A DNA stretch of 63,931 nt, the filler included, from Octopus bimaculoides (lineage: Eukaryota): the NCBI RefSeq assembly GCF_001194135.2. It is 3 parts of 3 records of this genome, joined end to end, with 100 filler letters (N's around TTAATTAATTAA, not from the genome) between each part and the next. Parts side by side here need not be neighbours in the genome. Positions count along the whole stretch, not along the records: positions 1 to 29,819 come from NC_068985.1; positions 29,920 to 48,637 come from NC_068987.1; 1 more part is not named here. The stretch is one strand, 5' to 3'. Positions 25,001 through 33,283 of the stretch are shown here, one piece after another (positions within the stretch are counted from its first letter, which is position 1; each line of letters opens with the position of its first letter). The notes beneath the pieces were generated by a model. The model saw nothing but the letters and a program-made list of their open reading frames with translations. It was not told where the DNA came from and made no database searches. The translations under genes and the position numbers were made by a program.

Positions 25001-26616
25001 ATTATTATTATTACCTAATTCAAAAAGGGAAAGGTACAATTAACTGCATTGATATTTGAACTCAGAATGTAGACAACCAAGACAAATACCGCAAAGCCTT
25101 CAAACCAATGCTCTAATCACTCTGCCAACGTACTGAACTGTAAATAAATTGTATCAACAAACCTTATGTCCTTCAAAGTATGTCTTTGCTAGTTTTCTGC
25201 AAAAAAAAAAACAAACATATTTTCATCACATCATCACAATCACCATCATTACTTCTACATTAGCTTACAAAAAGAACCATTACAGAATTATTATTTTGTG
25301 TTTGTACATTTTAATATTTTAATCTAAATCTACAATTCATTTGAATAGGTCTAATCTTTAATTATCACCAGGTATCATATTTGTGGATGCCTGTAAAGCA
25401 TCAAACTGGAATGTATTTGAATTATAAGTCTTTTGAAGACCTTCATCCATCAATAATCTTTAGAGAATGTTGAAGGTTTTTATTATCATTGCTGGTGCAC
25501 ATGAATGTTTTACATTCATAATCAGTGTTCTTGATAATTGGTCACAACCACTTTACTCAGATGTCAAGAACCTTTCTTACAATCCTTGCTCTTCCCAATA
25601 CAGCAGATTTCAGAATTGATGCAATTCTTGTAATTATACAAAACTCAATAAGGGAGCCTTTAAGTCTGTTGGTGACGACTGAGATTATTAATTGTTCTAA
25701 GTTAATATCTTCATTGTCCCTTAACATTGTGCCACCTTGCTTCTCCTTGCCTGGCTGACTGAGGTAGCCAAGTACCCCCTCTATAATAAGACAACTATCT
25801 CTGCCTCTCTGTCATACACTAACCTCTTGCCAGGCTCACAGCCACATCCCTCCATTCCTCCCCTTCTCTCAACTAAGAGCCCTTTGTCTTGCAAGTCATT
25901 TGGCAACTCCACTGGTGCTGGTGCCACGTGACAGCACCTGTGCCACTGCCATGTAGGAAGTTCCCATGCTACTGCCACATAAAATGCGCTGAGTACACTC
26001 TGTAAAGTAGTTGGCATTAAGAAGGGCTCCCAGCAGCAGAGACCATGCCAAAACATACAACTGGAGCCTGCTGGGGCCCTCCAGCTTGCCAGTTCCTGCC
26101 AAAATATCCAATCCATGCCATTAAATGATGATGGTGATACATGATGATCATGATGAAGATGATGATGGTAATGATGATGCTGATTACCATAAAACAAACA
26201 CTTTTGTAGGTAAAAAAAAAGTTTTACTTTTTAAATTGAATCAGGGCAAAATGAAGACAGACCAGGCTCAGATGACAATCAAGTTAACTGACAGATCTTG
26301 CAGATCTAAACAGGATTATNNNNNNNNNNNNNNNNNNNNNNNNNNNNNNNNNNNNNNNNNNNNNNNNNNNNNNNNNNNNNNNNNNNNNNNNNNNNNNNNN
26401 NNNNNNNNNNNNNNNNNNNACAATGTCATGGCTTCTCTTACTATTTCCTACATTTATATTTCCTTATATTGTTATCATATTTATACATCACAATCTCCTC
26501 ATAATTCAAAGTCAAAATCAAACTTAAGTAGAATGTTATATATTCACTTACTTTGCCTCCGCCTGTCCAAAATTTTGCTGATAAGCATCCACTTCCCATT
26601 CAAACTTTTTATATTC
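536..26616 (-). CDS. Partial multi-exon gene encoding a tandem 31-33-aa repeat protein of unknown family; start and stop lie outside the window or contig
   Basis: Eleven exons with AG/GT ends and compatible phases splice into an open frame: EYKKFEWEVDAYQQNFGQAEAK-KLAKTYFEGHK-GYSNLLKDISRGDVDKRRAQ-NLAKDYIGESK-[exon in N gap]-KFAEKYFKDFE-DYGDFCIELDNRDIDKDRAK-FLVKRHFFENE-KYKYYLLDVDAHLEAFGLVEAK-KLAVRYFKDCE-GYKSLWNNLCNRKSIDREGAK-FQAEKHCGDSM. Joining into a single transcript is inferred. Confidence 0.8.
1640..1850 (+). mobile_element. Degenerate non-LTR (RTE-like) reverse transcriptase N-terminal fragment
   Basis: EVIKALKCGKADEVDEMLRKIKREGILWL, then frameshift to IAWTSGRTPKQWQSGVMIPILKKGEK, typical LINE RT domain 0/1 motifs. 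Confidence 0.75.
1960..2230 (-). mobile_element. RTE LINE 3' end with C-terminal Cys/His motif and (CTG/CTA)n tail
   Basis: FKCSRCICDCHCRVGLYSQHGRC followed by ...GACGGATGCC-(TGC/TAC)n on the minus strand. Confidence 0.65.
2372..2645 (-). mobile_element. Non-autonomous (GAT)n-tailed RTE-related/SINE-like repeat
   Basis: ...CCAACCCATGCTAGCATGGAAAGCGGACGTTAAACGATGATGATG tail; related copies at about 6290-6680, 10880-11330, 11987-12120, 17310-17720, 22045-22280 and 28410-28860. Confidence 0.8.
2725..2786 (-). CDS. 62-nt exon type B, unit 1: GYKSLWNNLCNRKSIDREGA(K), phase 0->2
   Basis: atatttatag|GGTTACAAA...GGAGCTAA|gtaagt; one codon longer than its two paralogs, frame kept. Confidence 0.8.
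4175..4208 (-). CDS. 34-nt exon type A', unit 1: (K)KLAVRYFKDCE
   Basis: ttttttgcag|GAAGCTGGCA...GACTGTGAG|gttagt. Confidence 0.8.
5602..5666 (-). CDS. 65-nt exon type B', unit 1: KYKYYLLDVDAHLEAFGLVEA(K)
   Basis: aaacttttttag|AAGTATAAA...GAAGCCAA|gtaagt. Confidence 0.8.
7497..7530 (-). CDS. 34-nt exon type A, unit 2: (K)FLVKRHFFENE
   Basis: ctttcttttgcag|ATTTCTAGTA...GAAAATGAG|gttagt. Confidence 0.8.
10050..10620 (-). mobile_element. RTE LINE RT C-terminal fragment, interrupted by a gap
   Basis: DMRRLERNE..MLLWMCNISVH...LREMLGI...IKERRLNWSGHVMR, matching the RTE RRL.W.GHV.R motif. Confidence 0.75.
11865..11923 (-). CDS. 59-nt exon type B, unit 2: DYGDFCIELDNRDIDKDRA(K)
   Basis: atatttatag|GATTACGGA...AGAGCTAA|gtaaat. 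Confidence 0.8.
11987..12120 (+). mobile_element. 5'-truncated (GAT)n-tailed insertion specific to unit 2
   Basis: Interrupts tttaacat|agttctattttacc; the site is empty in paralogs at about 2845 and 19340. Confidence 0.85.
12833..12866 (-). CDS. 34-nt exon type A', unit 2: KFAEKYFKDFE
   Basis: ctttcttttgcag|AAAATTTGCA...GACTTTGAG|gttagt. Confidence 0.8.
13083..14643 (+). mobile_element. Mariner (Tc1/mariner, DD34D, Hsmar1/cecropia-like) with disrupted transposase
   Basis: About 40-bp TIRs (tcaggttgagtaaaaagtaa.. / ..ttactttttactcagtctaa), TA TSD at 13081-82 and 14644-45; motifs WVPNDL, TCDEK, HDNAQPH, HPAYSPDL; empty site in units 1 and 3. Confidence 0.95.
13310..13588 (-). mobile_element. 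Solo LTR nested in the mariner transposase
   Basis: 279 bp, minus-strand ends TGTTGTG...TATAACA, 5-bp TSD GTTAT at 13305-13309 and 13589-13593. Confidence 0.8.
18246..18279 (-). CDS. 34-nt exon type A, unit 3: (Q)NLAKDYIGESK
   Basis: ttcttttgcag|AAATCTAGCA...GAGAGCAAG|gttagt. Confidence 0.8.
19223..19281 (-). CDS. 59-nt exon type B, unit 3: GYSNLLKDISRGDVDKRRA(Q)
   Basis: atatttatag|GGTTACAGT...AGAGCTCA|gtaaat. Confidence 0.8.
20994..23659 (+). mobile_element. Internally deleted Ty3/Gypsy LTR retrotransposon
   Basis: LTRs 20994-21256 and 23406-23659 (TG...CA), PPT agaagaggaga, near-TSD gtttc/gtctc, gag knuckle CYSCQKLGHMSHC, protease LQLDIGS, integrase HPGMAKMK..IYWP and PWSRLHTD..YYLIIVDS; no RT/RNase H seen. 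Confidence 0.9.
25163..25196 (-). CDS. 34-nt exon type A', unit 3: (K)KLAKTYFEGHK
   Basis: ttttttttgcag|AAAACTAGCA...GGACATAAG|gtttgt; donor weaker than the paralogs but still GT. Confidence 0.75.
26552..26616 (-). CDS. 65-nt exon type B', unit 3: EYKKFEWEVDAYQQNFGQAEA(K)
   Basis: aaacttttctag|GAATATAAA...GAGGCAAA|gtaagt. Confidence 0.8.
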
Positions 26617-26689
26617 CTAGAAAAGTTTATAACGAAAGCATTTGTTGTAACTTAATAATAAAAGTAATGATTTGACATTAATAGTTCTA

Positions 26690-27870
26690 TCAGGATGAAT
26701 AAAGCGTAAGCAACGTTTTGACCCATGAAGAATTTGTACTGGATTTTGGCAGTTTGGAATTTTTTTAAACCATTTTTTTTCAATCATCTTATTAATACAG
26801 ACATAAATTTGCCAAATGCATCAATAAATTAACATTGATATTTTTTTCACCTTTGTTACAATCATCCGAAATAGAAGGATGTAAAGCAGCTGAAACTGCT
26901 TGCGATATCAATGAAACACTTGGTGAAGAAATGACCAGTGAGTGGTCAGCTCAAAAATGATTTAAATAATTTCAAAGCAGAGACCTGAGCCTTGAAGATC
27001 GCAAGCATAGTGGATGCCCATCTATCATCGATGACAGTCAACTAAGGACTGTCATTGAGAAAGATACCCATAAATCCATTCAAGAACTGGCAAAAGAACT
27101 TCAAGTTAGCCAGAAAACTGCCTGCAACCATTTACATGCAATTGGAAAATCAAAAAAAGCTCAATAGATGTGTACCACATGATTTGAATGAAAATCAGAA
27201 AATACACAGATACGAAATGTACAGACCAATCCATTTCTCGACCATATTGCAACTTGTAATGAAAAGTGGATTCTGTACAATAATAAAAACATTCTTCACA
27301 GTGGTTGAACCAAAATGTAGCACTGAAAACCTTCCCTAAACCCGAGCACTTCAAATAGGTCATGGTGACTGTTTAATGGTGTACTGCTGGACTCATCCTC
27401 TATAACTTCTTAAAACAAGGAAAAACCATTACTGTAGAAACATATTGCCATGAAATTGCCAAAATAAATGAAAAACTGCTACTGCTCCAGCTGGGACAGG
27501 TCATCAGAAGAGGGCCAATCATTCTTCAGGACAATGCTCAGCCACATGTTTCACTAATGACACTCTATAAATTGAGGGAATTTGGCTACGAATTTCTTCC
27601 ACACCCAGCTTATTCCCACTGACTACCACTTTTTCAAGCACCTTCATGGTTTCCTTCAAGAGAAGGAGTACAAAAATTAAACTGATGCTGAAAGTGCATT
27701 CAGCTTCAGAATTCTAGATTTTTATGTTACCAGAATAAACAAACTAGTAACTCGTTGGCTAAAATGTGTTAATTGTAATGGTAATTTGATGAACAAAATT
27801 TCCGCACTGTTGAAATATATTGTGATGAGTTTCATATTTCAAAACGTCTCTTACTTTTCACTCTGCCTGA
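26690..27870 (+). mobile_element. Mariner of the same family as 13083-14643, independent insertion, decayed
   Basis: TIRs tcaggatgaataaagcgtaagcaacgtttt / aaaacgtctcttacttttcactctgcctga, TA TSD at 26688-89 and 27871-72; CVPHDL, QDNAQPH, HPAYS motifs. Confidence 0.92.
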
Positions 27871-29171
27871 TATTTTGGACTGGTTTGGACTCTTCAATGA
27901 AACAAAACATTACCTGACTCACAGAAACACTTTAAAAAAACAAAACTAATCCTTTTCTCTATACATTCTAACTTTTAGTAAAGAGCTAAAATAATTGACT
28001 GATGGAGGATATGGCCTAACTTGAGAAGTGATGCAGTAAAGGGACGTAACACAATACTACAAGGCATTTAATTTTGCACTGTCAACTGATTTTGATATTC
28101 CCTTCTAAAAAGAAAATTCTATGCAGTCACTAAAAGATAGCAGCAAATATCTCCCTTAAATCTAGCAAAAAACTAAAAGGTGTGGCTGTGTGGTAAGTCT
28201 GTTAGTTTATATTTGAAAGGAGGAATGGGTACTTCTCCTACCAACCACAAACTCTACCGCTGCCTATCAGCTAAATTGTTGTATGTTGTGTTATCAGACA
28301 TGAAAAGATGAAAAGCTAATGTTGACCTCAGCATGATTTTGGATTCAGAAATTCAAGAAAGGTGTTATGCTGTCATTTGATCAGCTCAGCTACATCTTCA
28401 TCAACTATCATCATCATCATCAGCATCATTCAACGTCTGTTTTCCATGCTGGCATGGGTTGGACCGTCTGACAGTAGCTGTCTAAGTTCAGTCTCAGTTT
28501 TTGCATGGTTTCTACAGCTGGATGTCATTCCTAACACCAACCACTTTACAGAGTGTACTGGATGCTTTTACACAGCATCAGCATGGGTGTGTATACGTGA
28601 CACTAGAGTTGGTGGATTTTGTATGGCACCAACACGCATGAGTCTCCAAGATTATGAATGCTCAGCTAGGAAAGGATGCTGTGAGTATGCCAGTATGTAA
28701 GGACAACTACACCTCTGCATAGCTTGACATATCTTGTCAAGCACAGCAAACCACCAGGAGTCCCAGACCCTGTCCTGTCATCCCCTCTGTGAGACCCAAC
28801 TTCTGAAGATCTTCTCTCACCACTTCATCTCACATCCTCCTGGGTCTACTCCTTCCACTTTAAAGTGTTTTAAATAAGTTTTTCAGTAGGGACAGCTTAG
28901 TTTCCATTTTAATTTGGTAAAGCTGTTTGTTGCTTGACCTCAACATCTGAAGGAAAAAACAAATGGATGGAGAGGAAACTGTTGATTTGGTCCAAATGCA
29001 TGAAGGTGAGAGAATTGATGCTAAAGGCACCCAAGAAGCAGATGGTGGTGTTAAACTGGGAGGCATGTAAACCCTGTACCCAGCTTCTTAATAAAGCAAA
29101 GGAGTTTGATGAAAACCAAACAGCTGGTCATCTTATGTCCATATAAATGAAAATAACGATCTGTAGATTGG

Positions 29172-29205
<34 letters not shown>

Positions 29206-29637
29206 AGTTTTAATATTCACATTTTATAGCTTTCATGGGTTTGGCAGAATTCATTCATGTAGGTATTTTTTATAGTGTCAGGATTTAACGTGTTTCCTTG
29301 GTCTTTAGATTCCCAGGGAAAGACAATTGGAGCGAAACAACAATAACCATAACTAACAACAACAGCCACAAAAATCACAGTCAATGCTGCTGCTGCTACT
29401 GGTGCTACCCCCACTATTTTAGGTAAGGAAGAACTCCAGTAATTCACTTTCAAAATCAACAAATACTAAATCTAAAAACGACCGTTAAAAGGCTTTGGCT
29501 TTTTGTCATAAAACAGATGAAGGATAACAAGTCTGTGGTTAGGATGCTTGTCTGTTTCAACTCACATTAACAGAGGGTCGACTAACTTATTTCCAACAGC
29601 TACACAAACTCAATATGCTGCCATGTATAAAATAAAT

Positions 29638-29800
29638 AGGAGTGGCTGTGTGATAAGTAGCTTGCTTACCAATCACATGGTTCCGAGTTCAGTCCCACTG
29701 CGTGGCACCTTGGGCAAGTGTCTTCTACTATAGCCTCGGGCCGATCAAAACCTTGTGAGTGGATTTGGTAGACGGAAACTGAAAGAAGCCCGTCGTATAT
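29638..29800 (+). mobile_element. tRNA-derived SINE followed by (TA)n
   Basis: ggagtggctgtgtgataag (A box)...ggttccgagttcagtcccactgcgtggcaccttgggcaagtg (B box); related minus-strand copy at about 37275-37415. Confidence 0.8.
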
Positions 29801-29819
29801 ATGTATGTATATATATATA

Positions 29820-29919
29820 NNNNNNNNNNNNNNNNNNNNNNNNNNNNNNNNNNNNNNNNNNNNTTAATTAATTAANNNNNNNNNNNNNNNNNNNNNNNNN
29901 NNNNNNNNNNNNNNNNNNN
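29820..29919. other. Artificial 100-bp contig/scaffold spacer
   Basis: 44 N + TTAATTAATTAA (stop codons in all six frames) + 44 N. Confidence 0.95.
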
Positions 29920-29987
29920 TTAAGTGGCAATATACTACACTTTATCGTGCAGTTACTGTTAATACTTCATTTAGAGAATTAACATTG

Positions 29988-30022
<35 letters not shown>

Positions 30023-30544
30023 TATATTCCGCAATATCAGTATTATCCTTCCAGGCTCGAGAAAATAACAAGTAGTTAGAAAGTTGATTTGATCTTAACT
30101 TTAGTTCATCAATTCTTAAAGTTGAAGTTTGTAGTAATGACAGAACTGAATATTAAGAATTATATCCATGATCCTTCTCTCAAATTCTATTCAGCAGCTT
30201 AATTTTAGAGTGTAGTTGATGATAGTGGGTTAACAAAAATGGAAGCCTCTAATACTGTTTAAAGTAGGGGTGGAGAAACTTTTTAGTGCAGCGAACAAAT
30301 GGTTCCTAAGAAAAAGGTCTGCGGGTGGATCAAAGTTTCTAACTCTTATATCTGTGTAAATCTTGTATATATCTATGTATAATTTAATATTTCCCACCTC
30401 TGGTTTAAACCATATTAAAGAAATTATCAATAAAGAGTGGAAACAGCCAAGTGTCCACTGGACCTGTTAGAAATAGCAACCGAATCTGCATATAAACTTA
30501 CTATTGGACATATTTTCCTCTAAGAACCATTAGCAAACCGTGCA

Positions 30545-30725
30545 GCATGCTTAGCGGCATTTTGCCCAGCTTACGTTATGAGTTCCAGTTCTTCATAGGT
30601 CTCGACTTAGCTTTTCATCCTTCCGGGATCGATAAAATAAGTACCGGTTGAGCACTGAGGGCCATATAAACGACTTACCTATTCTCCAAAATTGCTGTCC
30701 TTCTGCCAAAATTTGAAACCATTAT
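30545..30725 (+). mobile_element. Decayed tRNA-derived SINE with central conserved box
   Basis: cgacttagcttttcatccttccgggatcgataaaataagtaccggttgagcactg; similar minus-strand copy at 58020-58185. Confidence 0.6.
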
Positions 30726-31166
30726 TTCTAAGCAGTATATGACGCAAATTCTCAAATATTTAGTGTTGCACGGTTGCTCGACAAACAGTAAAAGACTAAT
30801 TCAGTTCCTGACACTATGTATTTTGGCAGTGTCTACTTTCCAAATTCTTGCTAAATGTTTGATATTTACTTTAAAATTCTTTATAAAATATCTTATAGTA
30901 ATCAATGATGAATGTATAATATATGTATATAATGTAGCAATTTAACATTTTGTTTTCCGAATCTTTGCTTCCCAGTTCCTGTGTATCTTATGTATGCAAG
31001 TATGCTTATATATATATACAAGCACACACACTATACATATGTGTGTGTATGTGTGTATGCATTCTTACACACATATATACGTATATATGCTTCTCAATAT
31101 CTATTTCTTTATCTATCTTTGTATATTCATACATGCGCATAGAAACATATACATACATTCATACAA

Positions 31167-31227
<61 letters not shown>

Positions 31228-32062
31228 TGAAAGGAACAATATGGAGAAGAGTAACTAAGTTTAAATCATCTTAGAGAAAACCTAGAAGTTTGAGATATGT
31301 AATAAAAGAGGAAATAAGGACTTATAATGCATTTTCAAAAATGCATTAACCATCTAAGTGGTGCCATAGCGTTTCGTTTGTGAACGGAAACCAAATCGCT
31401 GTTACATCTCACACTAGGAAATGAAAGTATAATACATTACACTTTCATTTCATTTTCTTTCTTTGAATTTATTTATGTAAATGGAACCCATAAATTTACA
31501 CATGCTTGTTTGTTTGCTAAGACAGTTACACTCAGAAAACAACGTGCAGATACTTAACTTCCATAATAATATATATGAATATATGTATACAGAGGTATGT
31601 GTCTATAGATATGAACCAATATTTTTCAGAATATCCATAACTGTACGTGTATATGGAAACAAAGAATTCCAAGATATTATACGGAACAAATTTATTTGCA
31701 TCTGTAGTTTTAGAGACGAAATTAGTAATATGTGACAAACATGACTTTCATTATGTTTCGAGAAGCATTGCAGCATCATACGTCAAAGGGTGCCCTAATG
31801 GTCCACGCTGAAACTTCCATTTTAGAGTAATCTATGTTTGTTTCGCAACTGAACTGGTTATTGTTGCCCACCAGGCCAGCGTAGACTTGACTACCCTATA
31901 TTTTTATATATCCAAGACAATATTATCAAATTTGTTCGAAAATACTGTTTACACTCACTCCGAATTAAGGCTTTAGCTATTAAATCATGAGAAATTTATT
32001 CCAAAGGGTATCACTCAGCGTTTTACTGAATACAGTTTACAAATCATAGGGGGGAATAGGTA

Positions 32063-33283
32063 TGAGGGTGGGCTGAACGGTTCATAGGCTGAATATGAAC
32101 GAATAATGCAAGAGTTTTGAAATTTTGCATGCATTAATTTCAACTCACCTTATAAATAACTGCATTGTTTCTTTCTAGCTAAACTGACATCTGATTGTTC
32201 TCAGAAGAATTCAAATGTAACTAGTATTGACTTTTTAACATGGACAAAATTTAGCATCGTGGTGTTGTCAAGTACCTGCAGAAAAAGAGTTTAGATCTGA
32301 AGGACATTCACACTGACATGATTACTACATTAGGGGATGACGCTCCATCTTTGTCAACAGTGAAAAAATGGACAGCTGAATTTAAGAGTGGAAGGGTGAG
32401 TCTTTAAGAGGATCCAAGATCTGGACGTCCTGCAACTGAAACTAACGAGGAAAACTTTGATTGTGTTCACCACATGATGATAAATGACAGGTGATTACAA
32501 TTAATTAAATAACCAATGATAATAGCATATCATGTGAGAGAATTGAGAACATTCTGCTCAATGTACTCGGCATAACAAGGGTTGGTGCAGACATCTGATC
32601 AAAATCGCACCAATCTGGACACATAACGAGAAAATCCCACATCGTCTGAGGCAGATCTAGCTGGTTTCCATCAACGTTTCCTAACCCAGGACGAGTCTTG
32701 GATTCATCACTTTGATTCAGAAACAAAGAAACAATCCATTAAGTGGAAACATCCCTCCGCATCCGCTCCAAAGAAAGCCAGAATCGTTTCATATGCAAGG
32801 AAGGCAATGGTCTCAGAATTTTGGAATGAAAACATACATTGTGTTTATTGACTATCTTCAAAATGGTCCCTCCATCAGTGGAGAGTATTATGCCAAATTG
32901 CTACAGCAGTTACGAAAGACTATCAAAGCCAAACTTCCACGAAGACTGAAGAAAGTGGTCTTGCTTCGTCGGGACAGAGCTCCAGAGTACAAGTCCTTGG
33001 TTTCAGTGCCTGCTGTGCATGATTGTGGCTTTGAATTGATTGACCGCTCGCCTCATTTTCTTGATTTGGCTGCATCTGACTCTCTGTTCCTCAACATGAA
33101 AAAGCACTTGACAGGATTCAGTGATTATGACGTCCGAACTGATTTTGCTCCCTGTTACTTTTAAAGTCAGGTATCAGAGTACCTGGAAAGAAAAAATGCG
33201 GCTATTAATAAGAAGAACTGAAATTAATGCAAGTAAGAATTACTCCTTCATACTCACCCTATGAAGTCTTCAGCCCGCCCACA
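32063..33283 (+). mobile_element. Mariner (irritans-like), decayed
   Basis: TIRs tgagggtgggctgaacggttcatag / ctatgaagtcttcagcccgcccaca, TA flanks; MDKI*HRGVVKYL..LGDDAPSLSTVKKWTAEFKSGR..EDPRSGRP; TQDESWIHHFD; PHFLDLAASD. Confidence 0.92.

Larger units (their letters stand above)
1..29637. repeat. Tandem segmental duplication array, three full units plus part of a fourth, period about 7-11.4 kb
   Basis: Blocks recur: 1-888 ~ 6965-7849 ~ 18050-18350 ~ 29145-29635; 4500-5040 ~ 14870-15400 ~ 25570-26100; 2790-3760 ~ 19285-20260; 5750-6960 ~ 27880-29145. Confidence 0.95.
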
